A DNA stretch of 64,000 nt from Promethearchaeota archaeon (GCA_048939625.1 JBHLPH010000009.1:16400-80399), one strand, 5' to 3'. Shown: positions 1 to 10,578, counted from the stretch's first letter. Notes: generated from the sequence alone by a model not told the origin. Made by a program: numbers and translations.

Positions 1-1
1 G

Positions 2-358
2 ATGCATGATCTTCGACGAAAACGTGACCTTCTGGTAACAGGAAAACCGAAAGCTACACATGAACGCAACCTCGAAGGACTAAAACAATTACTGAAATCC
101 GAAGGCTTCAAAATACGGGGAAATCGTATACTCATCCAGCGAGACGAGGCTGCATTCGAAGTAGACCTAAAGATGGGTCACGTTTATGCCTTGCTAGAAG
201 GCAAAGAACCCATTGTTCTGTGTGTAACTCTTGAATCAAAACCTTGGGCTAATACTGGCAACCTTTCAGATTTTGATCTCTTCCTACTCTCGATAATTTA
301 CTTACTGACCCGTGAACCTTTACCAAAAAGCATCACAGAACAACTCGATTTTAAATAA
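2..358 (+). CDS. Hypothetical protein, probably 5'-truncated by the window edge
   Basis: Open frame from window start to TAA at 358; no recognisable motif. Confidence 0.55.
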   Translation: MHDLRRKRDLLVTGKPKATHERNLEGLKQLLKSEGFKIRGNRILIQRDEAAFEVDLKMGHVYALLEGKEPIVLCVTLESKPWANTGNLSDFDLFLLSIIYLLTREPLPKSITEQLDFK

Positions 359-470
359 TAACCATGTACCTCGTACAATTGTAGTTTGATTTGTTTAAAC
401 GCCTTTAGAAGATGCGGAAACACTTATAGCCATAAGACATTGAATCGTCAACCCCGTGGAGGGATACTTT

Positions 471-1475
471 ATGGCTGTAAAAGTTGCCATTAACGGTCTT
501 GGTCGAATCGGTCGAAATTTTCTTCGTGGCATTATTGACAAAAAAGATGTCGAACTCGTTGCTGCAAACGATCTAGGTGGAACTGAAATCTTAGCCCATC
601 TCCTACGATACGACTCCATTTACGGACGTTATAAAGGAACCATTGAAGCTGCTAACGACGAGTTACATGTTGATAATCATACAATCAAACTATTCCAAGA
701 ACGAGATCCCGCGATGCTACCTTGGAAAAAACTTGAAGTTGATATTGCTATTGAAGCTACAGGTGTCTTTCGAGAACGAGATAAGGCGGCTCTGCACCTT
801 CAAGCAGGGGCAAGCAAAGTCATTATTTCCGCTCCTGGAAAGGGCGAGGACGCGATGTTTGTTTTAGGTGTCAATGATGACAGCTATGATCCTAATAATC
901 ATCATGTCATATCAAACGCTTCCTGCACAACCAATTGCTTTGCACCGGTAATCAAGATACTCCTTGAAAACTATGGAATAAAACATGGATTCATGTCAAC
1001 AATACATGGCTATACTTTAGGTCAAAATCTTCTAGATGCAATCCACAAAGATTATCGTCGGGCTCGCGCTGCCGCAGTTAACATTATACCAACAACTACC
1101 GGTGCCGCAAAAGCAATTATTCGTCTATTTCCACAACTGGAGGGTAAGATGGCGGCAATGGCTTATCGAGTACCTATTCCAGATGGATCCATTATCGATC
1201 TCAGTGTCGAATTGGAAAAGCCAACATCCAAAGATGAACTTAATGAAACTTTCCGAAAAGCTGCAAAAACTCACCTAAAGGGTATCCTCCAATACAATGA
1301 AGATCCCATCGTTTCAAACGATATCATCGGCAATTCCCACTCCTCGATTTTCGATAGTGAACTAACGGAGATTCTTGATGGAAATTTCGCGCATGTGGTC
1401 TCTTGGTATGATAACGAAGCAGGGTTTAGTACACGTTTAATTGAATTAACCCAAATGGTTGCTGCCAAATTATAA
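471..1475 (+). CDS. gap: Type I (bacterial/eukaryotic-type) glyceraldehyde-3-phosphate dehydrogenase
   Basis: INGLGRIGR Rossmann motif, catalytic SNASCTTNC, IIPTTTGAA, WYDNE; ATG 471. Confidence 0.97.
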   Translation: MAVKVAINGLGRIGRNFLRGIIDKKDVELVAANDLGGTEILAHLLRYDSIYGRYKGTIEAANDELHVDNHTIKLFQERDPAMLPWKKLEVDIAIEATGVFRERDKAALHLQAGASKVIISAPGKGEDAMFVLGVNDDSYDPNNHHVISNASCTTNCFAPVIKILLENYGIKHGFMSTIHGYTLGQNLLDAIHKDYRRARAAAVNIIPTTTGAAKAIIRLFPQLEGKMAAMAYRVPIPDGSIIDLSVELEKPTSKDELNETFRKAAKTHLKGILQYNEDPIVSNDIIGNSHSSIFDSELTEILDGNFAHVVSWYDNEAGFSTRLIELTQMVAAKL

Positions 1476-1531
1476 CAAAATAGGAAAAGTGAGGACCACT
1501 AATAGCAGCCCTCAATCCATACTATGGCCTC

Positions 1532-1918
1532 TTATTTCATGTCTAATTCAGAGAGAAGCTGCGTAAGAAGCCAACCACCATAAGAAAGACGTATTCTTGA
1601 TCCTTGATTATTAGACCTTCGAGTGTCTAACAGCCCAGCTCTTTTGAGGATATTCAAGTTGAATTTAGTTGTGCTTAAGGGGAGACCGAATTTTCGGGAT
1701 AAATAATCAGCTAGAGCTGTTGGCGATAGCTTTGGATGATACTGGAGTGCTCGTTGGGTCATCAATAATAAAAATCGCTGTTTCTTTGTTAGTCGTGTAT
1801 AAGCCAACTTAGCAAAAGTTGCCGCTAGTTGGAGAAATAAGCTCTCTAGTTGCAGTGGTGTACTCAAGTCATCAAAGAAGTTGTCTTTCCTGGAGGATTT
1901 CGCAGCCAACCCCATCAT
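1532..1918 (-). CDS. Winged-helix (ArsR/MarR-like) DNA-binding protein
   Basis: LSPTALADYLS..LPLSTTKFNLNILKRAGLL HTH followed by a wing ending IRLSYGG. Confidence 0.6.
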   Translation of the reverse strand: MMGLAAKSSRKDNFFDDLSTPLQLESLFLQLAATFAKLAYTRLTKKQRFLLLMTQRALQYHPKLSPTALADYLSRKFGLPLSTTKFNLNILKRAGLLDTRRSNNQGSRIRLSYGGWLLTQLLSELDMK

Positions 1919-2392
1919 GATTAGTTGTCATGCATAACACCTCCATTTTAATAGGAATTTGAGTAAAACAGAAAAAGATTCCACAGAGTATTAACGTTTT
2001 GGTCAAAAATAGTTGACCATTCTTAAACCTCATTTTCGCATCATTTAGACTATCTGGTAATCCTTTTATTCGAATTTTTTTAAAACTGAATAGGTGAATT
2101 CTATTTGAAGAACATCGAATTCGAATATATTTGCGTGCAGGTAAATCATCACAAACATATCGCGAAAACAATAGCTGAATACCAAAAAGAGGGTTGGCAG
2201 CTCCATACTTATCAAGCCACGGGAGATCCGAACTTGATTAATCATTACCTCCTCTTCCAACGAGAAATTACTTGGTAGATATTAAGGGGCTATTTGATTT
2301 TCCTACACTTCACTATCGGTATCGTCACAAAACGTTATTATAACGGATGTTGGAGTTAAGAAATTTGAAATCATCCTTGGAGACGACGTTCA

Positions 2393-3577
2393 ATGGTATA
2401 CCTTGTTGGTGAAGCACTCATTGGAAAAGGAAACGAAATCGCACATATCGATCTTATAATTGGGGAAAAGTCAGGTCCTGTTGGAACCGCATTTGCTCAG
2501 GGAATGACTAACGTATCTCATGGGCATTCCCCCTTGTTAGCGGTGATTCGACCGAACCTCCCTCCTAAACCTCATACGCTCATCATTCCCAAAGTAACTG
2601 TCAAAGACATGGGTGACGCAGAAAAAATATTTGGTCCAGCGCAAGCAGCTGTGGCTAAAGCCGTGGCCGATGCTTTAGAGGAGGGAATCATACCAAAAGC
2701 CAAAGCTGATGATTGGGTAATTCTATGCAGCGTATTCATTCATCCTGATGCAAAAGATTACCGACGAATTTACCATTACAATTATGCCGCAACAAAACTT
2801 TCAATTCAACGGGCTTTGTCCAACTATCCACCGGTGGACAAAATTATGTATGATAAGGATCGCGCAACTCATCCCATTATGGGCTTTCGGGTTCCCCGTC
2901 TATGGCGTCCACCATACCTACAGATTGCATTAGATATTCCTAGTCTTGATAAAACGAAGAAGATTATCGAGGCACTACCTCGAAGTGATAACCTAATCTT
3001 AGAGGCAGGTACACCTCTCATCAAACGTTATGGAACAGCGATTCTCAGTGATATTCGTGAAGTCGCTAAGGATAAGTTCCTGGTTGCTGATCTAAAGACC
3101 CTTGATGTGGGGAAGGTTGAAGTTGATTTAGCCTTCGACGAGTCAGCTGACGCAGTTGTGGTTTCTGGGTTAGCCTCAGTAGATACTGTTGATCAGTTCA
3201 TTTATGAAACCAACCGGCTGGGCATTTATTCTTTTGTAGATATGATGAACGTAGAGGATCCAGTAGCTAAGCTTCAAAGCCTGAAGATGCCACCAAATGT
3301 TGTCATCATGCATCGGGGCATTGACACCGAAGGTCGAGCCGATCACAAATGGGAAATCGTAAAAGCAGTAAAAACTGCATTCAAAGGAAAGCGTCTTCTT
3401 GTATCCGTAGCAGGTGGGATTCGGCCTGACAATATTGATGCGGCTCTTAAGGCAAAAGCTGACATCATAGTTGTTGGTCGGTATATCACTCAATCCCGAG
3501 ATGTTGAAAGATCTACTCGCGAATTCCTGACCCAGATGCAAGGCGATATTGATCTCTTCCGAGTACATACTGAATAA
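2393..3577 (+). CDS. fae-hps: Bifunctional formaldehyde-activating enzyme / 3-hexulose-6-phosphate synthase
   Basis: N-terminal GEAL..G..AHIDL..G and [12 protein letters not shown] (Fae); C-terminal [27 protein letters not shown] (HPS barrel). Confidence 0.95.
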   Translation: MVYLVGEALIGKGNEIAHIDLIIGEKSGPVGTAFAQGMTNVSHGHSPLLAVIRPNLPPKPHTLIIPKVTVKDMGDAEKIFGPAQAAVAKAVADALEEGIIPKAKADDWVILCSVFIHPDAKDYRRIYHYNYAATKLSIQRALSNYPPVDKIMYDKDRATHPIMGFRVPRLWRPPYLQIALDIPSLDKTKKIIEALPRSDNLILEAGTPLIKRYGTAILSDIREVAKDKFLVADLKTLDVGKVEVDLAFDESADAVVVSGLASVDTVDQFIYETNRLGIYSFVDMMNVEDPVAKLQSLKMPPNVVIMHRGIDTEGRADHKWEIVKAVKTAFKGKRLLVSVAGGIRPDNIDAALKAKADIIVVGRYITQSRDVERSTREFLTQMQGDIDLFRVHTE

Positions 3578-3723
3578 GTAACATCTGGTCATTCTGTAGG
3601 CTTCTGAATCATTAGTATTTGATAGGTTCTTGTAGTTCGGTTCAATAGAAAAATTCAAGAACTTACACAAACCTTAGACATCTAAGCAATTACTTCAATA
3701 ATTGCTGGGAGTGTATTCCTAAG

Positions 3724-4023
3724 ATGCCTTCGGGTATCAAAAGACTCGTTCTTGACGTTCTAAAACCTCATGTCCCGAATCTTGTGGACATTGCTACATT
3801 GGTAGGTAAAATTGATGGCGTCGTTGGTGTCAACGTCGCTCTTGTCGAAGTCGACTCTCATACTGAGTCAATTAAGGTTACAGTTGAAGGTGATAATCTC
3901 GGCTTTGAGGAGGTAAAAGCCGCTCTCGAAGCCTGCGGTGCTTCCGTTCACTCAATTGATCAAGTAGTTGCTGGACGCACAGTTGTCGAAGAAGTAAAAA
4001 CCCACATGGAAAATGGCGGTTAA
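3724..4023 (+). CDS. DUF211 family protein
   Basis: IKRLVLDVLKPH.P and G.SVHSIDQV.AG signature. Confidence 0.85.
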   Translation: MPSGIKRLVLDVLKPHVPNLVDIATLVGKIDGVVGVNVALVEVDSHTESIKVTVEGDNLGFEEVKAALEACGASVHSIDQVVAGRTVVEEVKTHMENGG

Positions 4024-4685
4024 ATTCCCAAAGCCCACTTAGTATTTTCAATTAATGATTCTACGTGAGGTGCTAAATGTTCGTAAAGCGAGTTATAGAA
4101 CACAGTCGGAAGAATTCTAAGAACTTTGAAAATTCTATTTAGTAATGCACTCATCACTGGTTCGAGAAGTTCTGGGCGATTGTTAATTTGAGAGGTTAAT
4201 ACTGCATCAATTGCGGCTTCTTCAGCAAGGCCATCAATAAGCCTATAAATTGGTCCATTACATTCAAGAAAATAGGGGAGTCCTTGTTCATCATAGAGGA
4301 CAATGATACCCAATTTATCGACTATTAATTTTGTATACCAATCGATGCTCGAATCTTTAGCCGAGAAAGACTTTTGAAAAAGTGGTTCTGCGGGTTTACG
4401 TTTTGTGGTCTTCGAGGTTTGTGATGAGAAATAACTGCGTGGAACATTATTGGGGTATGTATTAGGGTGGCGGAAAGCAATGTAAGTAGCAGCTGCAAAA
4501 AGGGCTTCCGGTTCTCGACCAATAGCTTGATTTCCCAGGTGACTAGCAAGAATGCGGAGAGAGGGAAGAATCAGATCTTGACGGACTTGTTTAGCGGCAT
4601 ATAGACGATACGCTTGCTTGAGATGGACTGCAGGAGTCTTCAAGTCCGGTCGTACAGTTTCATCGGTTCTAGCCTTTGATGCCAA
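4020..4685 (-). CDS. Hypothetical protein with a TFIIB/cyclin-box-like segment
   Basis: GREPEALFAAATYIAFR resembles the cyclin-repeat motif [17 protein letters not shown] of this window's TFB. Confidence 0.6.
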   Translation of the reverse strand: MASKARTDETVRPDLKTPAVHLKQAYRLYAAKQVRQDLILPSLRILASHLGNQAIGREPEALFAAATYIAFRHPNTYPNNVPRSYFSSQTSKTTKRKPAEPLFQKSFSAKDSSIDWYTKLIVDKLGIIVLYDEQGLPYFLECNGPIYRLIDGLAEEAAIDAVLTSQINNRPELLEPVMSALLNRIFKVLRILPTVFYNSLYEHLAPHVESLIENTKWALGI

Positions 4686-4783
4686 GATGGTCGGTCTCCG
4701 CAGGAAACGTCTAACCCATGTATGCGATATAGTCCTAAATATACTTTAGGCGGGTCCTGTGTTATGATTTGTTTTTCGCTCTT

Positions 4784-5161
4784 TTATGTGATATGACCTG
4801 CTTCTTCAAGATACTGCATCTGTTCCACTGATAGTTGAGATTGAACGAAATTGATACCCTTTTCAGTCAGTGAAATCTGTGCTACTGATTCCGTCTTTGT
4901 AAAGACTGTAACGATTCCTCTTTTCTTTAGTCGCTGAAGGGCTGCAAAAATAATTTGGTTTAATTCTTTGTCGGTGACGTTGGGTTTACCATCGGGACGT
5001 TGAAATTCAGGAATATGTTTTAAAACATTTCTTAGAGAAGCCAGAGAGCGTCGGCGAGTTTCATGGGGGTTTGAATAAAGCCAGAGAACGAGAATGTAAT
5101 CTATCAGTTCACCTGGTTGCTGGCGATTCAGTTGACGGGCAAGATAATAAACTGCAGGCAA
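4784..5161 (-). CDS. Hypothetical winged-helix protein
   Basis: AALQRLKKRGIV...ISLTEKG wHTH-type C-terminus; TTG start. Confidence 0.6.
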   Translation of the reverse strand: MPAVYYLARQLNRQQPGELIDYILVLWLYSNPHETRRRSLASLRNVLKHIPEFQRPDGKPNVTDKELNQIIFAALQRLKKRGIVTVFTKTESVAQISLTEKGINFVQSQLSVEQMQYLEEAGHIT

Positions 5162-5219
5162 GATTCTCGTTTCCTGTAAGTAATATTGATTGTTTAAAAC
5201 TTATCAATCAGCGCTCAAA

Positions 5220-5957
5220 CTAGCTTTCAGTCCATCGAAAGGAACCTTCCGAAGTTTTGAGGATATACCCTTGAATTCGTAAACGATTCAACGCTTCATC
5301 AATCCCTGTACTGGCGATTCCTCTCTCTTCAAGTTGAGAAATAATCTCTTCCTGGCTAATGGCGGTTTTTACCTTACTTAAAATCTCACTTATCGTTCTT
5401 GCTAAATTAATCGTTGAGACAGGTTTTCCCGTGCTACCATTTGGTTGAAATTCATCAGTTACCAGTCGAACCTGCCAAGGTTTGGGAGATATGAGATGCC
5501 CCGTACGAATGAGGGTCTCTATCTGCTGTGCCGCCCAATCCCATGGAATGCCTGCATTTGCACATTCTTTTTCTAACATCTGTAAATCAAGAGCTTCCTT
5601 TCGCGCATTTTGATAGAGAATTCGTTCTAACTCTCGTCGTCTGGTAGAAATGGGTTGGGTTTTTTGTTTAGAGTCTTGAAGCTGCTCTAAATCCACATTC
5701 GCACTTGGGAGTAATGCCTCGATTTTCTCCCGAGATTTTTCAACAGCTTCCATGAATTCTTTATGGTGCTTTCCAGTTTGATAGAGTTTGACACGGACTT
5801 GGGCTGTCTGTGCATCATCAACAAAAACAGCATTTAGTGGATTGATTTTGAAAACTCTTTGACAATATACACATAATCGTGTCTTTTGAGTAGTTGGAGC
5901 ATATGTAAAACGCCCACACCTCGGACAGCGAATGATGTAAAATCCTTGCCGGGACAT
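5220..5957 (-). CDS. Zn-ribbon (DUF1922-like) protein with C-terminal winged-helix repeats
   Basis: IRCPRCGR..T..RLCVYCQR; IETLIRTGHL and LNRLRIQGYI wHTH-like ends; ATG 5957. Confidence 0.7.
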   Translation of the reverse strand: MSRQGFYIIRCPRCGRFTYAPTTQKTRLCVYCQRVFKINPLNAVFVDDAQTAQVRVKLYQTGKHHKEFMEAVEKSREKIEALLPSANVDLEQLQDSKQKTQPISTRRRELERILYQNARKEALDLQMLEKECANAGIPWDWAAQQIETLIRTGHLISPKPWQVRLVTDEFQPNGSTGKPVSTINLARTISEILSKVKTAISQEEIISQLEERGIASTGIDEALNRLRIQGYILKTSEGSFRWTES

Positions 5958-6023
5958 TAAGACCACCAACGCCACAAGCCTAATTAGCCTTTCGTGTTTA
6001 CATTCCACAATAGGGATAACCCG

Positions 6024-6335
6024 ATGAGCTTTGGTTTAGATCAGTATTTTAAGGAGAAAAAACCTGCTAAGAAAAAAGAGACTGAAACTAAAAAAGATGA
6101 CACCATTGAGGTTATGGAACAGGATCCATCTGGCGCTCGAAATTGGCCGGTTATCCTGGAAGAAACAGTGAAATCAATGGTACTTTATCCCCATCTTCTC
6201 GACTATACTCGAACCAGTATTCTCCCAAAACGTCCAACAATAACTGCTGAGGAGCTCTCTATCCAACTTAGAGTACCTTTAGGCGTAGCAATTGTGCTTC
6301 TTGATAAATTACGAAGCGAATCGAAGAAAACATAA
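6024..6335 (+). CDS. Hypothetical protein, Lys-rich N-terminus and C-terminal HTH
   Basis: ITAEELSIQLRVPLGVAIVLLDKL HTH-like; ATG 6024. Confidence 0.6.
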   Translation: MSFGLDQYFKEKKPAKKKETETKKDDTIEVMEQDPSGARNWPVILEETVKSMVLYPHLLDYTRTSILPKRPTITAEELSIQLRVPLGVAIVLLDKLRSESKKT

Positions 6336-6342
6336 TAAGATT

Positions 6343-7107
6343 TCAGGTTAGTGGTTCTGCAGATTGATATAGATAAAGAAAATAAATCTTAGCTAACTCA
6401 CCTAACTCGGTGTGGCTTGTCCAGATTGCTAATGATTCTGCTGGTTGAGTCGTTAGCATGATTATTGCCTGTTTTTCATCAATGATTGCCCCTCCACCAT
6501 AGATTTCTTTACGTTTCCGTCCTTCTCCAACAGCCGAAATAAGTCTCTGAACTTTGTCTGTAAGAGTCTGTTCGGATACAAGAATTTGAATCTTAACACC
6601 TCGATCACGGAGATGGAAGAGGGTAGGCGAAATAAACTCGATATCTTCTTCGCTAATTATCCCCCAAGAAAGTAGAAGGCTGCGTTCTGCTTGTCCTAGA
6701 GCCACATTCAGCTTTGCCCGGACATTATTTGATCCATGAAGGATGTGCACTTCAGGAGCTGAAATTTTTGTTTTTTCATCAAATAAGGGTTGGAGATTCT
6801 CGATTACTCTTTGTTCCCATTCTGCGAGTCGATCTTGTGCAGAAAGAACAGCAGCTTTAGCTGTTTCACGAGGGCTTTTCGGAATGTAACGCTTCGGACG
6901 ACCTTGCTCTATAGTTATCCATCCACCCTGTTCAAGTGCAGCCAACACATCATATACACGACTGAAGGGAATTCGTGACTGGGCACTGACCTCGCTGGCA
7001 GTTAGTGCTCCATTCTTAACTAATGAAACGTATACTCGCGCTTCGTAGCTACTCAATCCCAAACTTCGGAGTGCTCGTATCGTTCCTTCATCCAAGCGCT
7101 CACTCAT
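6343..7107 (-). CDS. TrmB-family transcriptional regulator
   Basis: LGLSSYEARVYVSL..SRIPFSRVYDVL..GRPKRY; C-terminal effector domain. Confidence 0.92.
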   Translation of the reverse strand: MSERLDEGTIRALRSLGLSSYEARVYVSLVKNGALTASEVSAQSRIPFSRVYDVLAALEQGGWITIEQGRPKRYIPKSPRETAKAAVLSAQDRLAEWEQRVIENLQPLFDEKTKISAPEVHILHGSNNVRAKLNVALGQAERSLLLSWGIISEEDIEFISPTLFHLRDRGVKIQILVSEQTLTDKVQRLISAVGEGRKRKEIYGGGAIIDEKQAIIMLTTQPAESLAIWTSHTELGELAKIYFLYLYQSAEPLT

Positions 7108-7185
7108 TTTAATCACACACCGACACCCTATACCTTTCGAAAAAACCTTTTTGGTAACCAAGAGAAATATTCTACAGGTGAAAAC

Positions 7186-8109
7186 ATGGGTCTAATACGG
7201 AAACCAGTGGCAATTGGGTACTATCCACCAGATAAAAAATCTCTTGAAGAATCAATTCGCGCTTCATTTTCTGATTCTCATGGCGCAGGTGAGATCCCTC
7301 TAGTTAGTTCCAAACGCAGTAAGAAAATCATCGCAGGAGTTGCTCCCCATGCAGGATTCATATATTCAGGGCCAATCGCTTCTCATCTCTACAGGGCTAT
7401 TGCCATAGACGGGTTTCCTGAGACGTTTATACTGATTGGTGTAAAGCATCGACCTTTACGATTTCCTGGAGCTGTCCTAATGGCTGAAGGAGTATGGGAG
7501 ACACCTCTAGGAAAAAGCCAAATCGATTCGGCTTTAGCAAAAAGAATCATAAAACAAAGTCAGGACTCAGGTACAAGTTGTATACTAGATAGTTCTGACG
7601 CCCACTTAGATGAGCATTCAATCGAAGTTCAATTACCATTTATACAATTTCTCGGGAAAAATCAAGATTTCGAAATTTTGCCGATTTTAATCTCTTCACC
7701 GAAATTTGCAATATGTGAAAAAGTTGGAAACACGATTGCTAGCGCTGTTCAGAAAGTGAAACGAGACGTATTCATTGTTGCTAGTACAGATTTCACCCAT
7801 TATGGTCGATTCTTCTATGGCTATGATCCTGTTGGCAGTGGACCAGTTGAAAAGATACTAGAATGGGTCTATGAGACTGATGGTGATTTAATTCATAAAA
7901 TTGAGCAACTAGATGGAAAAGCTCTCTTAGATACAGTTGTGAAGGAAGAGCGAACCATGTGTGGAGCTAGTGCAGTTGCCACAACAATCACTGCAGCAAA
8001 ACAACTGGGTGCCACAAGTGGATCCTGCTTGAAGTATGCAACAAGTTATGATATCCGAGGAAGTTCAGAGGCTATAGTTGGTTACGCATCAATTACTCTC
8101 AACCGCTAG
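7186..8109 (+). CDS. MEMO1-family protein (AmmeMemoRadiSam protein B)
   Basis: PHAGFIYSG, EHSIEVQLPF, ASTDFTHYG, MCG, VGYAS. Confidence 0.93.
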   Translation: MGLIRKPVAIGYYPPDKKSLEESIRASFSDSHGAGEIPLVSSKRSKKIIAGVAPHAGFIYSGPIASHLYRAIAIDGFPETFILIGVKHRPLRFPGAVLMAEGVWETPLGKSQIDSALAKRIIKQSQDSGTSCILDSSDAHLDEHSIEVQLPFIQFLGKNQDFEILPILISSPKFAICEKVGNTIASAVQKVKRDVFIVASTDFTHYGRFFYGYDPVGSGPVEKILEWVYETDGDLIHKIEQLDGKALLDTVVKEERTMCGASAVATTITAAKQLGATSGSCLKYATSYDIRGSSEAIVGYASITLNR

Positions 8110-8708
8110 AGCTGTATTGTTCTTTTTGATGCACCCTTGCCTTTCTTGAGAGCAGTGATGTTCATTTCATGATAACGACTCGGTAAAATATCTTCTATTG
8201 CTGAAATTATGCTCTCTTCCTTGATGGGAAGCAAATCTAACCCCACGACGGCACCAATAAGGACAGTATTCATCGTCAGAATCCCCCCTGATTCTTGAGC
8301 CAGCTTCGCAGCATCAAACGTAATCACCTTAGCAAATTTTGCCAAATCCTGCAGAATCGCTTCGTCGTCTGGATATTCTGCTCGACCCAGAAGAACTCCT
8401 GTTGGCGTTATTCGATACTCGCCAACAATAATAGTTCCTAAAGGCATTATTCGATCAACATTACGGAGAGCTTCAACGGGTTCAACACTTAGGAGTAAGT
8501 CTGCTTTTCCAGTTGGAATTATCGGACCATGAACGTTGTCTCCAATCCTGACAGTACAATTCACTGCACCGCCTCGTTGGGCCATACCATGAATTTCTCC
8601 CATTCGAACATTTTCGCCTTCACTGAGGGCTGCTGACGCTAAAATTCGGGCTGCGGTAAGAACGCCAGTTCCACCAACACCAGTAAACACAATATTGAAC
8701 TCATTCAT
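8106..8708 (-). CDS. iorB: Indolepyruvate:ferredoxin oxidoreductase beta subunit
   Basis: GVGGTGVL, EIHGMAQRGG, EPVEALR; overlaps the iorA stop. Confidence 0.93.
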   Translation of the reverse strand: MNEFNIVFTGVGGTGVLTAARILASAALSEGENVRMGEIHGMAQRGGAVNCTVRIGDNVHGPIIPTGKADLLLSVEPVEALRNVDRIMPLGTIIVGEYRITPTGVLLGRAEYPDDEAILQDLAKFAKVITFDAAKLAQESGGILTMNTVLIGAVVGLDLLPIKEESIISAIEDILPSRYHEMNITALKKGKGASKRTIQL

Positions 8709-10578
8709 TAACCTCTACCTCATGGATTGCCTTGTACGGACAGATTTGGGAACAGACACCACAACCTGAGCATAGATCAGCGTCAATGGCAGCGTGTTCA
8801 CCTGCCCAAATAGCGGCAGCACAACCTAGTTTGTCCGTGCAAACACGGCAGCCCTGGCAGATTTCAGGATCTACTTCATAAGGAATAATAGGTTCATCTG
8901 CACGGCGCTTCCTCGCTCCTTCGAGTAGAGCACAAGGACTTCGCGATATAATCACAGCGGGGCCATCATAAGCAACTGCTTCTCGGATTACACGAATGGA
9001 ATCTTTCACTTGAAGAGGATCAATAACCTTAACGTATTCGACTCCCACACCTTTTGCTACATCTTCGATGTTAATTTGAGTTACTGGAACGCCCATTCCA
9101 GTTATTCCAGTTCCTGGGTGTGGCTGATGCCCTGTCATTGCAGTGGTGTGGTTATCAACGACTATGATCTTAACCGGATGCTGGTTGTACACAGCATTTA
9201 CTAATCCAGGAATTCCCGAATGGAAAAAGGTTGAGTCTCCTATTGCTCCAACAATGGGTTTGTCTAAAACCGCTGTCAGTCCACACGAGGTTCCGATACT
9301 CGAACCCATGCATAGAAGTAAATCTGCCATCTCTAGAGGAGGTTGAATTACTAATGTATAGCATCCAATATCGGTTGGGTAGACGCCTTTACGTCCCGTA
9401 GCCACAGCCACTTCATAAAAGGTTGCGCGGTGAGGGCAACCTGCACATAGAATTGGTGGTCGTGGGGGCGCTTGTGCATTTGATTCAGATAGTTTATTAT
9501 CAACTTCTTCAAAGCCAGGCGGGATCTCCTTGTCCAAAGCTTTTGCAATACCTTCAATTACTGTCCTTGGAGAAAATTCGCCTATCTCAGAGAAGTATCC
9601 TTGACTTTTACCAATTATTGGCGTTGTTATCCCACTTTCTTGGGCAAAAGCACGTGCATGGTTCTCAAGGTATGGTTTCAATTCCTCGATTACGATGACC
9701 TTCTCTTTGGAAGCGATAAACTTCTGAATTTTTTTCTTTGGAAGAGGATAAGTCATTCCTAACTTGAAAACTGCTGCTTTCAGCTGTAGTGTTTCAAGTG
9801 CCTCCATAACATAGTTAAAACTAACACCTGATGTAAGGACTCCAAGTTTTCCTTCTCCGATAATACGGTTCCACTCACTTTTTTCTGAAATTGTAGTAGC
9901 CTGTTTTACCTTTTCAACTAGAATCGGATGACGTAATCTGGCAACCGTTGGTATAGTCACAAACCGAAAGGGGTTGCGTTCAAAGTTCGCCTTCTTTCGT
10001 GGTGGACGTATTTTTCCTAATTCAACACCTGACCGCGTATGACTTACACGAGTCGTTACTCGGAGTAACACCGGTTGTTCAAGCTTCTCTGATAAATCAA
10101 ACGCGGCGATGGTCATATCTTTTGCTTCTTGAGGGTCTGCGGGTTCAAGCATTGTTGTATCGCCTAGCATGGCATACAACCGATTATCCTGTTCATTTTG
10201 TGAGCTCCAACAGCCGGGATCATCTGCAGAGACAATAACGAGTCCTGCTCGAACGCCGATGTAATTTAAAGTCATGAAGGCGTCAGATGCGACATTGAGA
10301 CCAACATGTTTCATAATAACGAGTGCGCGTGCGTTGGCTACGGCTGCCGCTCCGGCTACTTCCATTGCAACTTTTTCGTTAGTGCAGTATTCAAAGAAAT
10401 AATTGCCTTTCTTAGCCGCATGAGAAAGACTATCACCGATTTCCGACGAAGGAGTACCAGGATAGGTTGCTGCAAGTTCCAATCCCGCTTCTATTGCTCC
10501 ACGCGCAATAGCTTCATTTCCTAATAGCAGATAATGTTTACCGGGACTACCCTTTGTTAGAATCTCAGACATGTCCAT
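8701..10578 (-). CDS. iorA: Indolepyruvate:ferredoxin oxidoreductase alpha subunit
   Basis: LLGNEAIARG, YPGTPSSE, KHVGLNVA, CAGCPHR, GDSTFFHSG, C-terminal 2x[4Fe-4S] motifs. Confidence 0.96.
   Translation of the reverse strand: MDMSEILTKGSPGKHYLLLGNEAIARGAIEAGLELAATYPGTPSSEIGDSLSHAAKKGNYFFEYCTNEKVAMEVAGAAAVANARALVIMKHVGLNVASDAFMTLNYIGVRAGLVIVSADDPGCWSSQNEQDNRLYAMLGDTTMLEPADPQEAKDMTIAAFDLSEKLEQPVLLRVTTRVSHTRSGVELGKIRPPRKKANFERNPFRFVTIPTVARLRHPILVEKVKQATTISEKSEWNRIIGEGKLGVLTSGVSFNYVMEALETLQLKAAVFKLGMTYPLPKKKIQKFIASKEKVIVIEELKPYLENHARAFAQESGITTPIIGKSQGYFSEIGEFSPRTVIEGIAKALDKEIPPGFEEVDNKLSESNAQAPPRPPILCAGCPHRATFYEVAVATGRKGVYPTDIGCYTLVIQPPLEMADLLLCMGSSIGTSCGLTAVLDKPIVGAIGDSTFFHSGIPGLVNAVYNQHPVKIIVVDNHTTAMTGHQPHPGTGITGMGVPVTQINIEDVAKGVGVEYVKVIDPLQVKDSIRVIREAVAYDGPAVIISRSPCALLEGARKRRADEPIIPYEVDPEICQGCRVCTDKLGCAAAIWAGEHAAIDADLCSGCGVCSQICPYKAIHEVEVNE

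Noticed and set aside
1360-1370. 11-nt match (AACTAACGGAG) between the tnpB-remnant guide and the gap gene
   Set aside because: The match stops at 11 nt, is expected by chance at a few percent in a window this size, no TAM could be established, and the local TnpB is broken
1872-2260. Short minus-strand ORFs 1872-2171 and 2066-2260
   Set aside because: No motifs; AT-rich divergent intergenic region; likely spurious
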